Notes: generated from the sequence alone by a model not told the origin. Shown: positions 1 through 10,658, counted from the first letter of the stretch. The stretch is DNA of 64,000 bases from Candidatus Latescibacterota bacterium (GCA_965243025.1 CBDETY010000003.1:6712185-6776184); one strand, 5' to 3'. Numbers and translations are program-made.

Positions 1-576
1 GCCCTGTTCTTCGGCTCCCTGGGAGGCTTCGGTTTCTCGAAGTACGAGTTCCGGGGGAAGCGGGGGCTGTTCCTCGTGCTCATGGGCTCGATGATGATCC
101 CCTTCCACGTCGGCCTGATCCCCCTCTACAGCCTGATCGCGCGCTTCGGATGGATCGACACCTACCAGGCGGTCATCATCCCCGGGTCGGCGAGCGCCTT
201 CTCCATCTTTCTGATGCGCCAGTACATGGCCGGGGTCCCGGACAGCCTGATCGACTCGGCCCGCATCGACGGGAGCTCGGAGTTCGGCATCTACTGGCGC
301 GTGGCCCTGCCGCTGCTCAGGCCGGCTCTCGGAGCCCTTACCATCCTGCTTTTCGTCGCCGGGTGGAACAACTTCCTGTGGCCCTCGATGGTGCTGCTCG
401 ACGAGCAGCGGTACACCCTTCCGGTCGGGCTCAACTCACTGAGGGGCACGTACTGGGAGGAATACGGGGTCCTGCTCGCCGGCACCGCCCTCGCGGTCGT
501 GCCGGTGATCCTTCTGTTCCTGTGGATGCAGAGGGAGTTCGTCGAGGGTATTACCCTGGGGGCGGTGAAAGAGTAG
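1..576 (+). CDS. carbohydrate ABC transporter permease (5' truncated by window edge)
   Basis: EAA-loop-like motif SLIDSARIDGSSEFGIYWRVALPL, WNNFLWP, C-terminal QREFVEGITLGAVKE. Confidence 0.92.
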   Translation, partial: ALFFGSLGGFGFSKYEFRGKRGLFLVLMGSMMIPFHVGLIPLYSLIARFGWIDTYQAVIIPGSASAFSIFLMRQYMAGVPDSLIDSARIDGSSEFGIYWRVALPLLRPALGALTILLFVAGWNNFLWPSMVLLDEQRYTLPVGLNSLRGTYWEEYGVLLAGTALAVVPVILLFLWMQREFVEGITLGAVKE

Positions 577-653
577 GATCCGGTGCAGCTTCTTGACCGG
601 CAGCCGGGTCGTGGCGACCGTTGGGATGTTGCCGCTTGAGAATCGAGGTGCCC

Positions 654-2747
654 ATGAGACATTGCCAGACCTTCCGCGCGTTCGCCGCCGCGGCAATCTG
701 CCTCCACCTCACCCTCGGGGCCGCCGGGAGCCAGGTGGATGTCTGGCAGTTCGGGGGAGCCGGGGGCTCGGCATGGGGGGACTTCACCCGCCTGAACGTC
801 CTCGCCGACGACTTCAGCGATCCGCGCAGGCTCCAGCCCCGCGAGCTCGATCCCGAGGTGAACCTGCTGCCGCAGCTGTCCCCCTGGCATGGCCTGAAGC
901 AGCCGATCGAGTTCGGTTACATGGAAGGCCAGCCGCGTATCTGGCGGGGCGTCAACTACCGCAAGGCGCGGCTCTTCTTTCCCCTCGACTTCATCGACGG
1001 GGATGTCGAAACCTACGTGGTGAACCGCGACTCCCCCTGGATCTGGTGGGAATACTACACGATCGACGTCGGGGCGCGGATACCGGCCGAGCGCTTCCGC
1101 TTCTACCCGCCCGACGGCATCGATCACATCACCGATCAGCCCTACCGCCCGGGTTACACGCCCCAGCACTTCGAGCTGACGGCGAGCAACAACGCCGAGG
1201 CAATAGCGCGGGAAGGGGAGGATTTCGGAACCCCGGAGCGGCCCACCGGGGTCAGCGAGATTCACGACGTCGCGCCGAGCCTCGACGACTACCGTCCCCT
1301 CGAAACGCTGCTGTTCGAGTCCGCGCAGTACTTCTCCCCGGACGGGATCGTAAACCTCACCTTCCCCCTCGGCCACTACCGCTTCTTCCGCCTGCGCTCC
1401 TTCCCGACCGAGGAAAACTGTTTCGAAGGCTGGACAGAGAGAAGCTGTTTCGAGACGATCGGGTTCGCGGAGATGGAGATTTACGGCCGCGGCTTCGTGC
1501 CGGAGGCTACCTGGCTGTCGACGGTGGTGGACCTCGGGGAGAGCGTCAACTTCGGAAGAGTGGTGTTCTCCGGAACCCGGCTGCGCCGCGAAAACGGCGG
1601 CCTGGTTCCCGCCCCGGAGGCCCCGGCGGTCGTCGAGGTCGAGGTCCGGGTCGGCGACGACGACACCCCGGTGGCGTATTACGGGTACAACAAGCGGGGG
1701 GCCCCGACCGAAGTCACCAGGGACGAATACGAGAAACTCAGGGTAAACCGCCCCGAGCTCGATCCCCGCATCATCGGCTGGCGCGGGCCCCTCGGACACG
1801 ACAGCGAGCGCTGGAGCTTCTGGTCGGCGCCCGCCAGGGAATCGGGAATCCGTCCCGTGGCGCGCAAGGGCCGCTATTTCCAGCTGCGGGTGCGGCTGAA
1901 GACGGACCGACTCTGGGAGTTCGTCCGCCTCGACTCGCTGGGGGTCGAGTTTTCTCCGCTGCTCGCCGACCGCGTCGTGGGGGAAATAGCTGCGGCCGAC
2001 GACCTGCATCCGGCGGGAAACCTGACCAAGGTGCGGGCCGGGGAAACGGGGGAGTTCGCCTATGATCTCAGGGCGGAGTTCTCCGGCGAAGACAGGACGG
2101 GCTTCGACGCAGTGCGCGTTACCGCTCCGGCCGAGGCGGAGTTCCGCGGCCTCGAGATGGGAGATCCGCCCGCGGCAGTCGAGCCCGACGGGGTCATCCC
2201 CGAGGGTTCGGGCTTCAGTCTGCTGCTCCCGCGTCCGGTAACCGAAGGGGAGCCGCCCCTCCGCATCCGCCTGGCAACCGCCCTGTACGGGGCCTCGGGA
2301 ACCTTCGGCGGTGAAGTCTACCAGCGCGACGTCGACATCCTGCCGCAGCCGATAGAGGCGGGGGACGCCAGCGAGGCCGTGGGGACGAACCGGCTGCAGC
2401 TGGTGGCCTACCCGGCTTCGCTCGGAGAGGTGCTCGGCAGCGTCGCCGTCGAGCCCCGGATCCTGACGCCGCAGGGTGACGGCGTCAACGACAAGGTGCT
2501 GATCTCCTACTCGATGCTGCGGATTCAGGAGGGAGCCGACGTCGAGGTGACCGTCTACGGGCTGAGCGGGGAGCCGGTCCGGACCATGCGGTCCCCGCAG
2601 CAGGTCGCCGGCCGGCACTCCGTCGAGTGGGACGGCCGCGACGACCGCGGCCGCCTCGTGCCTCCGGGCACTTACGTCGCCAGCATCAGGGTAGCGACCA
2701 GCGAAGGGGATTTCGGGAGCATCCACCCGGTGGCGGTCGCCTACTGA
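654..2747 (+). CDS. secreted protein with C-terminal FlgD Ig-like domain
   Basis: GAGGTG RBS before ATG 654, signal-peptide-like N-terminus, C-terminal TPQGDGVND...VYGLSGEPVR...WDGRDDRGRLVPPGTY. Confidence 0.8.
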   Translation: MRHCQTFRAFAAAAICLHLTLGAAGSQVDVWQFGGAGGSAWGDFTRLNVLADDFSDPRRLQPRELDPEVNLLPQLSPWHGLKQPIEFGYMEGQPRIWRGVNYRKARLFFPLDFIDGDVETYVVNRDSPWIWWEYYTIDVGARIPAERFRFYPPDGIDHITDQPYRPGYTPQHFELTASNNAEAIAREGEDFGTPERPTGVSEIHDVAPSLDDYRPLETLLFESAQYFSPDGIVNLTFPLGHYRFFRLRSFPTEENCFEGWTERSCFETIGFAEMEIYGRGFVPEATWLSTVVDLGESVNFGRVVFSGTRLRRENGGLVPAPEAPAVVEVEVRVGDDDTPVAYYGYNKRGAPTEVTRDEYEKLRVNRPELDPRIIGWRGPLGHDSERWSFWSAPARESGIRPVARKGRYFQLRVRLKTDRLWEFVRLDSLGVEFSPLLADRVVGEIAAADDLHPAGNLTKVRAGETGEFAYDLRAEFSGEDRTGFDAVRVTAPAEAEFRGLEMGDPPAAVEPDGVIPEGSGFSLLLPRPVTEGEPPLRIRLATALYGASGTFGGEVYQRDVDILPQPIEAGDASEAVGTNRLQLVAYPASLGEVLGSVAVEPRILTPQGDGVNDKVLISYSMLRIQEGADVEVTVYGLSGEPVRTMRSPQQVAGRHSVEWDGRDDRGRLVPPGTYVASIRVATSEGDFGSIHPVAVAY

Positions 2748-2760
2748 GTCCCCCCCGCGA

Positions 2761-4668
2761 ATGACACCCCGGGCCCTGGTCTTAGGGCTGCTGCTCTCCT
2801 TCCTCGTCGGGGCGGCGGTTTTTTTCGAGATCTACGTCCGCGGATCGAACGCCGGCGGGGTCTTTTTCCACAGTCCCGTCGCCCTCTTCACCTTCTTTCT
2901 CCTCACCGGGGCAGGCAACGTCCTCCTCGGCGCCCTGCGCCCCGCATGGGCGCTCCGGCGCGGGGAGCTGGTCGCCGTCTTCGTCATGATGACGCTGGCC
3001 AACGCCGCCCACAACCCCGTCCACTACTGGCTGGGGGCGATCACCGGCCCTTTCTACTACGCCACGGGAGAAAACAACTGGGCCGAAGTCCTGCACCCCT
3101 ACATCCCCGACTGGATCGCACCCCGCAGCATGGCGGCCCTGCGGGCGTTCTACGAAGGCAGCGAGGGGTACTCCGGCGGGATCGACTGGAAGGTGTGGAT
3201 TGGCCCCATCCTGTACTGGCTTCCCCTTATGGCGGGGTTTCACGTCGCCTGCCTGTGCCTGATGGTGGCGCTGCGCCGCCAGTGGATGGACCGGGAGCGG
3301 CTGATATACCCACTCGTCCAGGTGCCCCTGGCGATGGTGCAGGAGGACGGCCGCAGCGGCCTCGTCAGCCCGTTCTTCCGCAGCCGGGTGATGTGGATCG
3401 GATTCTCCGTGCCGGTGGCGGTCGGGGCGGTCAGGGGCCTTCACAGCCACCTGCCGTACATCCCGACGATCGAGCTCAGCACCTCGTTCGCGCTGCTCCA
3501 CGACAGCCTGACGGTGCCGGTTCACATCAGCTTCGCCACCATCGGTTTCTTCTTCTTCATCAAGCGGGAGATATCCTTCGGCCTCTGGGTGTTCTACCTG
3601 CTCAACCTCCTGCAGGAATGGGTTTACGGAGTCCTCGGGGCGGGCCTGGAAAAAGAGCCTGCGATCAGCGTCTTCAGCTACGGCGTCCACAGTCTCGTGC
3701 ACCAGTCGATGGGGGCGATGATCGTGCTCGTCCTCGGCGGCCTGTTCGTCGCCAGGGGGCACCTGAAGGACGTCTTCCGCAAGGCTTTCACCGGCGCTCC
3801 CGACGTCGACGACAGCGACGAGATCATCTCCTACCGCGGCGCGGTCCTCGGCCTCTCGGCCGGGTTCGCGGTGATGATCCTGTGGCTGTGGCAATCGGGC
3901 ATTCCCCTGCCGGGAGTTTTCGTCTTCCTGTTCTTCGCCTTCGTCGTCTTCACCGGTCTGACGAGGCTGGTCGCCGAGGGCGGGGTCGCCGTGATCTACA
4001 CGCCGCTGGTTTCCGCGGATGCGGCCGCCTCGGCCATGGGCACCTCGTTTTTCGGTTCTTCGGGCATGACCGGCCTGATGTTCACCCGCGTCTGGTCGGG
4101 AGACATACTCAATTTCGCGATGCCGCACTGCGCCAACGGCCTCAAGCTCGGGGAGCGCGTCGCCCGCCGCAGGCGCTGGCTGTTCTTGGGGATGATACTG
4201 GCGAGCCTGGCGGGACTGGCCGGGGCCCTGTGGATGGTGCTGACTCTCACCTACGAGTACGGAGGCATAAACCTCCGCTACTTCAACTACGTCTGGATGC
4301 CCAACTACTTCCCCGAATACACAGCCGCCCGCATCGGCGAGTGGACGGGGCCCCACTGGTGGGGGTGGTTCCATACCGGGGCGGGGGCCATGGCGATGAG
4401 CCTGCTGATGCTGGCGCGCCGCTTCTGGTGGTGGTGGCCCCTGCACCCGATCGGGTTCCCGATCAGCTCCACTTTCAGCTGGATGGCGTTCGACGCCTTC
4501 CTCGCCTGGGGGTTCAAGGGAATCCTCCTCAAGTACGGAGGACCGCCGCTGTACGCAGCGGTGCGCCCCTTCTTTCTCGGACTGATAACCGGCCAGTTCG
4601 CCATCTGCGGCATCTTCTGGATCATCGACACCCTGCTCGGGCACCAGGGCAACCTGGTCTTCAGATGA
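2761..4668 (+). CDS. DUF6785/DUF6784-like polytopic membrane protein (putative transporter), paralog 1
   Basis: many hydrophobic helices, RRQWMDRERLIYPLVQVP and WPLHPIGFP motifs. Confidence 0.75.
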   Translation: MTPRALVLGLLLSFLVGAAVFFEIYVRGSNAGGVFFHSPVALFTFFLLTGAGNVLLGALRPAWALRRGELVAVFVMMTLANAAHNPVHYWLGAITGPFYYATGENNWAEVLHPYIPDWIAPRSMAALRAFYEGSEGYSGGIDWKVWIGPILYWLPLMAGFHVACLCLMVALRRQWMDRERLIYPLVQVPLAMVQEDGRSGLVSPFFRSRVMWIGFSVPVAVGAVRGLHSHLPYIPTIELSTSFALLHDSLTVPVHISFATIGFFFFIKREISFGLWVFYLLNLLQEWVYGVLGAGLEKEPAISVFSYGVHSLVHQSMGAMIVLVLGGLFVARGHLKDVFRKAFTGAPDVDDSDEIISYRGAVLGLSAGFAVMILWLWQSGIPLPGVFVFLFFAFVVFTGLTRLVAEGGVAVIYTPLVSADAAASAMGTSFFGSSGMTGLMFTRVWSGDILNFAMPHCANGLKLGERVARRRRWLFLGMILASLAGLAGALWMVLTLTYEYGGINLRYFNYVWMPNYFPEYTAARIGEWTGPHWWGWFHTGAGAMAMSLLMLARRFWWWWPLHPIGFPISSTFSWMAFDAFLAWGFKGILLKYGGPPLYAAVRPFFLGLITGQFAICGIFWIIDTLLGHQGNLVFR

Positions 4669-4681
4669 TTCCCGAGGCGCC

Positions 4682-6592
4682 ATGACCCCGAGATGCCTCG
4701 TCGCCGGGCTGCTGCTCTCCTGCTTCGTCGGTGTTGCCGGTCCCTATATCGGCATTTACCTGCAGGGATCGAACGCCGGCGGCGTGTACTACACCAGCCC
4801 GGTCGCCCTCTTCTCCTTCATCATCATCACCGGTCTGGCCAACCTCCTGATCGGGGCGGTGCACAGGCCGTGGATGTTCCGGAGAGGCGAGCTCGTCGCC
4901 GTTTTCGTCATGATGACCCTGGCCAACGCCGGCCTCAACCCGATTCACTACTGGCTGGGGGCGATAACCGGCCCGTACTATTACGCCACGGCCGAGAACA
5001 AGTGGGCGGAGATTCTCCATCCCTGCATCCCCGACTGGATCGCCCCGCGCGACCCGGCGTCGGTCAGCGCCTTCTACGAGGGGGTCGAGGGCGGTTCCGG
5101 GGCCATCGACTGGCAGGTCTGGGCCGGCCCCATCCTCTCCTGGATGCCGTTCGCGGTCGCTTTCTACACGGTCACGCTCTGCCTGATGGTGGTGGTGCGG
5201 CGGCAGTGGATGGACCGGGAACGGCTGATCTACCCGATCGTCCAGGTGCCCCTGGCGATGGTTCAGGACGACGACAGGGGCTCGCTGGTCAAACCTTTCT
5301 TCCGCAGCTGGCCGATGTGGATCGGCTTCTCGATACCGGTGGCGGTCGGGGCCCTGCGCGGCCTCGGCACCTACTATCCGCATCTGCCCGACATCGAGCT
5401 GGCGACCAACATCGTCCTGGCCCGGGACGGCATCACCATCCCCTTGCGGCTGAGCTTCGCCACCCTCGGGTTCTTCTTCTTCATCAAGCGGGAAGTGTCG
5501 TTCGGCCTATGGGCTTTCTTCCTCCTCAACACGCTGCAGAAGGCGGTTTACACCAGGCTGGGCGTCGGCCTGGAAGCCGAGCCCGTCATCGGCGCCTGGA
5601 GCTACAACAGCCCGAGTCTCGTCCACCAGGGAATGGGGGGAATGATCGTCCTCGTGCTGGGGGGGCTCTACGCCGGCAGGGAGCACATTTGCAACGTGTT
5701 CCGCAAGGCCTTCCGGGGCGCCCCCGACGTCGACGACGGCGACGAGATCATCTCCTACCGCGGGGCGGTCTTCGGTCTTCTCGGGGGTCTTTCCGTAATG
5801 ACCTTCTGGCTCTGGATGACGGGGATTCCCCTGCTCGGGGTGCTGGTGTTCCTGTTCTGCGCCTTCGTCGTCTTCATCGCGCTGACCCGACTCGTGGCCG
5901 AAGGGGGGGTGGCGGTCATCTACCCTCCCATGATCGCTCCCGACGCAGCCCTGTCGGCGATGGGGGCTTCCTTCTACGGGGCGTCGGGGATAACGGCGCT
6001 CATGTTCACCCGGGTATGGTCGAACGACATCCTGAACTTCCTGATGCCCCACTGCGCCAACGGTCTCAAGCTCAGCGAACAGATAGGGGCCCGACGGCGC
6101 TGGCTGTTCTGGGGGATGATCCTTTCCAGCCTTGCGGGCTTGGCGGGTGCCCTGTGGATGGTCCTGAGGCTGACGTACGCGGACGGCGGCATCAACCTGA
6201 GGTACTGGAACTACGTGTGGATGCCCAACTACCTGCCGGGCTACACCGCGGCGCGCATCACCGAGTGGGCCGGGCCCAACTGGCTGGGCTGGCTGCATAC
6301 CGGGGTCGGGGCGACGGTGATGGGACTGCTGATGCTGGCGCGCAGGACGTGGGGCTGGTGGCCGCTGCACCCGATCGGTTTCCCGATCAGCTCGACCTTC
6401 AGCTGGATGGCTTCCAACGCCTTCTTTGCCTGGTGCCTGAAGGGGGTTGTCCTGAAGTACGGGGGCCCGCCGCTCTACACCTCGGTGCGCCCCTTCTTCT
6501 GGGGACTGATTCTGGGGCAGTTCGCGATCTGCGGAATCTTCTGGATAATCGACGCCTTCACCGGCAACATCGGCAACTACATCTTCGCCTAG
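4682..6592 (+). CDS. DUF6785/DUF6784-like polytopic membrane protein, paralog 2
   Basis: colinear with 2761..4668 over its full length, same motifs. Confidence 0.75.
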   Translation: MTPRCLVAGLLLSCFVGVAGPYIGIYLQGSNAGGVYYTSPVALFSFIIITGLANLLIGAVHRPWMFRRGELVAVFVMMTLANAGLNPIHYWLGAITGPYYYATAENKWAEILHPCIPDWIAPRDPASVSAFYEGVEGGSGAIDWQVWAGPILSWMPFAVAFYTVTLCLMVVVRRQWMDRERLIYPIVQVPLAMVQDDDRGSLVKPFFRSWPMWIGFSIPVAVGALRGLGTYYPHLPDIELATNIVLARDGITIPLRLSFATLGFFFFIKREVSFGLWAFFLLNTLQKAVYTRLGVGLEAEPVIGAWSYNSPSLVHQGMGGMIVLVLGGLYAGREHICNVFRKAFRGAPDVDDGDEIISYRGAVFGLLGGLSVMTFWLWMTGIPLLGVLVFLFCAFVVFIALTRLVAEGGVAVIYPPMIAPDAALSAMGASFYGASGITALMFTRVWSNDILNFLMPHCANGLKLSEQIGARRRWLFWGMILSSLAGLAGALWMVLRLTYADGGINLRYWNYVWMPNYLPGYTAARITEWAGPNWLGWLHTGVGATVMGLLMLARRTWGWWPLHPIGFPISSTFSWMASNAFFAWCLKGVVLKYGGPPLYTSVRPFFWGLILGQFAICGIFWIIDAFTGNIGNYIFA

Positions 6593-6779
6593 TGCATGCG
6601 CGGGCAGGCACCGAGGCCTGCCTCCGGGGTCCCGCAGTTCCTCGAGGGTCTTCGCCTCATTTTTCGAGGCGCGGTTTTGCGGCCCGGGGGATCCGCGCCG
6701 GGGACACGGGGATCCCGGGGTCCGGGGCGCGGTCCCGGCGGCGGCACGACACCCCGGATGGGGGAGTCCCGGGGGGCCC

Positions 6780-7601
6780 TTACCGGTCGGGCCAGCCGTA
6801 GGCCGCCTTCGCGTTTTTCCAGAAAAACTTCTCCGCCGCCTCCGGGCCCTTCTCTTCGAAGTACTGTTTCAGGTTGCCGATGCCCTCCGAGTACGAGCAG
6901 CCCTTCTCGCTCACCGGCCAGTTGCTGCCGTACATCAGGCGGTCTTCACCGAATGCGTCCCACATGGCATCGAGTGTCGGACGGTAATGGTCGAGACCGC
7001 GGCCGCCCCTGCTGGAGAACCCGACCGCCTTCATGCAGGCATGGGGGTGCCGGGCGAAGGCGTTGAGCTGGTCGACCCACTCCGGGCTCGGCCGCTCCCC
7101 GTCCTCTGCGGAGTTGCCGGCGATCGCTTCGAACACGATCCGCAGGGAGGGATGCTCCTCCATGACGGCGAGCATCTGCGCCGGCATCTCGGGCTCGATG
7201 ATCAGCGCGTCGAGGACGAGGCCCATGTCGGCGAGCACCGCCATGTCGTCGAGAAACCCCTTTTCGAAATCCCAGGGGGGCCAGATGCGGACGCCCCGGA
7301 ACAGGGGGTTGGCGGCAAAACGCTCGACCTGCCCGGAGAAACGGGGGGTCTGGTCCTGCAGGCGGCCGACGTAGGCGACGATTGCGGGGTCGTCGGCGGC
7401 GATGTCGAGGACCCACTGGTTGCACTCGACGGTGCAGTCCGCTTCGACGACAACGGTCCCGGTGACGCCGTGGGGGGATGCGACCTCCAGGAAATGCTCC
7501 GGCAGGACGGTCCGGTAGAGCAGGGCGTCGTCCTCGGGCGGCCAGGGAACCCCCTCCGGCCGCGACGGATCGTAGATATGGGTGTGGGTGTCGATGATCA
7601 T
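6780..7601 (-). CDS. amidohydrolase family protein (lactonase-like TIM barrel)
   Basis: starts MIIDTHTHIYD (HxH), FGEDRLMYGSNWPV, start moved to ATG 7601 after GAGGG. Confidence 0.88.
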   Translation of the reverse strand: MIIDTHTHIYDPSRPEGVPWPPEDDALLYRTVLPEHFLEVASPHGVTGTVVVEADCTVECNQWVLDIAADDPAIVAYVGRLQDQTPRFSGQVERFAANPLFRGVRIWPPWDFEKGFLDDMAVLADMGLVLDALIIEPEMPAQMLAVMEEHPSLRIVFEAIAGNSAEDGERPSPEWVDQLNAFARHPHACMKAVGFSSRGGRGLDHYRPTLDAMWDAFGEDRLMYGSNWPVSEKGCSYSEGIGNLKQYFEEKGPEAAEKFFWKNAKAAYGWPDR

Positions 7602-7766
7602 GCCGCCCTCGTCTCCGTGTGTCTGCGTGGTTCCGCCCAAGGTAAGGATGCTTGAACCGGTGGGACAGGCGGCGCCGGTTCTTGCCGGGGCGGCCTCGCC
7701 TGGTTTGTTTGAGTCGCAGGCCCTGCGGGATCTTCCCGGGGCAAAGGGAACGCGAACAGAGGGAGA

Positions 7767-8795
7767 ATGCCGGCGACAACCGCGGTAATCGGCGCAGGCG
7801 TGATGGGCCGGATCCATCTCGGGATCCTCACCGGCCTGGAGGGTGCGAAGTTGGCCGCACTCGTGGAGCCGGACGCCGGCGCGCGGGACGCGGTCTCCGC
7901 CGAGTTCGGAATCCGGGGATACGGCGACCTCGGGGAAATGCTGGGGGTGGAGAAGCCGGAGTACGTGGTGGTGTCGTCGCCGCCGCTCTACCACGCGGAG
8001 CAGAGTATCGCCGCGCTCGAGGCCGGCGCCCACGTGCTGTGCGAGAAGCCGCTGTGCATGAGCGTCGCCGAGACCGGGGCGATATACGACGCCGCCGAGC
8101 GCGCCGGGCGGTTGTTCACGGTCGGTTTCCACCGGCGCTTCTTACCGAGGACGCGGGCCATCAAGCGCTTCCTCGACGCGGGAAAGCTCGGGCAGATCTA
8201 CCACACCCGGGTCTTCGGCGGCCACGTCATGCACTACCCCTGGGGCCGTTTTCACCACAAAAGGGAATACTCTCTGGGCGGGGTGATCGCGGCCAGCACC
8301 ATCCATACCCTCGACGAAGCGATTTTCGTTCTCGGTGCGACCGACCCGGTGGCGGTGAGCGCCAGCACCTGCCGCCGCATCGCCGAGATGCCGGACCCGC
8401 CCATCCACTTCGAAGGCGCCCCCGCCGACGTCACCGTCGAAGATTTCGCCCACGCCCATGTCCGTTTCTCCGACGGCTCATCGATGTCGGTGGAGGGGAA
8501 CTGGTTCATGCATCCCACCGGCCGTCCGTCGGGGTTCGAGATCCTCGGCACCTCGGGAGTGATCCGCGACGACAGCGACGAGGTCGAGCTCGAGCGTGGG
8601 GAGGAGATCGTCGGCGAACGGCTCGAGATCGAAGGCGAGACGGGCAACCCGTACCGGCAGGAACACGCCGGCCTCATCGCCGCCATCGCCGGCGGGGAGG
8701 GGAACCTGGTCAGCCGCGCCGAGGCGCTTGCGGTAATGAAGATCGTGACCGGGATCTACGCCTCGGCAGAGGCCGGGGCCGAGGTGCGGCTGTAG
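7767..8795 (+). CDS. Gfo/Idh/MocA family oxidoreductase
   Basis: VIGAGVMG Rossmann motif, HVLCEKPL, GFHRRF. Confidence 0.93.
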   Translation: MPATTAVIGAGVMGRIHLGILTGLEGAKLAALVEPDAGARDAVSAEFGIRGYGDLGEMLGVEKPEYVVVSSPPLYHAEQSIAALEAGAHVLCEKPLCMSVAETGAIYDAAERAGRLFTVGFHRRFLPRTRAIKRFLDAGKLGQIYHTRVFGGHVMHYPWGRFHHKREYSLGGVIAASTIHTLDEAIFVLGATDPVAVSASTCRRIAEMPDPPIHFEGAPADVTVEDFAHAHVRFSDGSSMSVEGNWFMHPTGRPSGFEILGTSGVIRDDSDEVELERGEEIVGERLEIEGETGNPYRQEHAGLIAAIAGGEGNLVSRAEALAVMKIVTGIYASAEAGAEVRL

Positions 8796-8822
8796 CCGGG
8801 AGCCTCTGCGGGAGCGGGCGCG

Positions 8823-9836
8823 ATGGAGTACCGGAACCTGGGAAAATGCGGAGTCAAGGTGTCGCCGCTCTGCCTCGGCACCGGGTTCCGCTCGTACTGG
8901 CACAACCTCACCGACGAGAAGACCTGCTCCGAGGTCATCCACGCCCTGATCGCTCACGGGGGCAACTTCATCGACTGCGCCAACTACTATTTCCAGGGGC
9001 GCTGCGAAGAGGTGGTGGGCAAAACCCTGAAGGGGCTCAGGGGCAGACGGGACGACCTCGTCATCACGACCAAGGTGTGCGCGCGGATCGGACCCGGACC
9101 GAACGACGGGGGGCTGTCACGCTACCACATCATGAGGGAGGTCGAGCGCAGCCTGAAAAGACTGCGGACCGACCACGTCGACATCTACCTCCTGCACGGT
9201 CCCGACGGGGAGACGCCGGTGGAGGAGACGCTGCGGGCGCTGGACGATCTCCTGCGCCAGGGAAAAGCCCGGTATTTCGGCGCCTGCAACCACACACCTG
9301 CCCAGGTCCTCGAAAGCCTGGCGCTCAGCGCCAGACACCACCTCGACTCCTTCGTCTGCCTGCAGAACGGGTACAACCTGCTGAACCGGAGAATCGAAGC
9401 GGAGCTGCTCGACTGCTGCCGCCGCCACGGCCTCGGGCTGATGACTTTCAGTCCGCTGGCGATCGGCCTGTTGAGCGGGCGCTACCGCAAGGGAACCCCG
9501 GCACCCGAACGCAGCATCTGGAACACCGGGCGGGAGGATCCGGGCAAGTCGACCTGGGACGGCACCCGGGACGATTTCGGGGCGCTCGTCGAGCAGGCGG
9601 ACGGCGTAATCGGTGCGCTCGTCGAGGTCGCCGCGGAGCTGGACAGGACGCCGGGGCAGGTGGCGGTCGCCTGGGTGCTCGACCATCCCGAAGTGACTTC
9701 GGCCATCATCGGACCGGATTTGCCCGAACATGTGGAGGATGCGTTCGGCGCCGTCGGCTGGGAGCTCCCCGGAGAAGCGAGACAAAGGCTCGACGAGGCG
9801 TCAGCCGCCTGCCGGCTGAGCTCCATCCCCGACTGA
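8823..9836 (+). CDS. aldo/keto reductase
   Basis: MEYRNLGKCGVKVSPLCLG, IDCANYY, SLKRLRTDHVDIYLLH, FSPLAIGLLSG. Confidence 0.95.
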   Translation: MEYRNLGKCGVKVSPLCLGTGFRSYWHNLTDEKTCSEVIHALIAHGGNFIDCANYYFQGRCEEVVGKTLKGLRGRRDDLVITTKVCARIGPGPNDGGLSRYHIMREVERSLKRLRTDHVDIYLLHGPDGETPVEETLRALDDLLRQGKARYFGACNHTPAQVLESLALSARHHLDSFVCLQNGYNLLNRRIEAELLDCCRRHGLGLMTFSPLAIGLLSGRYRKGTPAPERSIWNTGREDPGKSTWDGTRDDFGALVEQADGVIGALVEVAAELDRTPGQVAVAWVLDHPEVTSAIIGPDLPEHVEDAFGAVGWELPGEARQRLDEASAACRLSSIPD

Positions 9837-9851
9837 CCGCCGGGTTGGCGG

Positions 9852-10640
9852 TCAATCGAGCAGGAACTGCGACAGGTAGCGGTAGCTCGCCCGCAGGCCC
9901 GCTTCCCGTTTCCGCGTCACCCACATGGCCGAGTGCGGCTCGACGGCGACGGCACCTTCGTATTCCGCTTCGTGCAGAAGGGCGAACAGCGGACCCCATT
10001 CGGTCTGGCCGAACCCGGGGTTGGGGTCGGCGGCCATGCGGTTTCCGATCTTCAGGAAGTCCTTGGCGTGGAAATGAAGAAACCAGCGCCCCCATTCCTC
10101 GGTCTCGGCGAGGTAGTCCCGGCCTTCGTACGCCGAATGGGAAGGGTCGTACTTGATCCCGGCTCCCGGAAGCTGCGGCAGCACCCGGGCCCACATCGAA
10201 GGGGACCTGACGCGATTGGCCGTCTTGCACGTGATGAAGGCGAGGCGGCGACCCGCGGCGCAGGCGCGCTCGAGCCGCGGTCCGAAAACCGCAACAGTTC
10301 GCATCGCCACCTCGTCGTCGCCGGAGGGGTGCAACCCGGATCCCGTGTACAGTACCGGGGCGTCCAGCTCCGCGGCGACCTCCAGGGCGGCGTCGAAGCG
10401 GTCCTCGCTGAGCTGTCGCAGCCCCTCCTCGTCGCTGATCGGAAACTCGTCGTTGTGCAGTGCTACGGCAGATACGGCGACCGGACTGTCTCTCAGAGCT
10501 TTTGCGAACTCCGCTTTGCCGGGAAACTCCACGGGATCTTCGCCGCGCACGGAAAGGAACACCTCGACGTTCGTGTAGCCGATTTCGGCGGCCAGCTCGA
10601 GATCGGCAGGGGTCTTGTCGCAGATGAATCCAAGCTGCAT
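9852..10640 (-). CDS. sugar phosphate isomerase/epimerase (xylose isomerase-like TIM barrel)
   Basis: YDPSH, HFHAKD, PGFGQTEW, YEGAVAVE motifs. Confidence 0.85.
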   Translation of the reverse strand: MQLGFICDKTPADLELAAEIGYTNVEVFLSVRGEDPVEFPGKAEFAKALRDSPVAVSAVALHNDEFPISDEEGLRQLSEDRFDAALEVAAELDAPVLYTGSGLHPSGDDEVAMRTVAVFGPRLERACAAGRRLAFITCKTANRVRSPSMWARVLPQLPGAGIKYDPSHSAYEGRDYLAETEEWGRWFLHFHAKDFLKIGNRMAADPNPGFGQTEWGPLFALLHEAEYEGAVAVEPHSAMWVTRKREAGLRASYRYLSQFLLD

Positions 10641-10658
10641 CGGAGGTCTCCGGGGGGA

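Noticed and set aside
6593-6779. GC-rich imperfect inverted repeats between convergent genes as MITE or ncRNA
   Set aside because: The pairings are short and expected at this GC content, and no second copy was noticed in the window.
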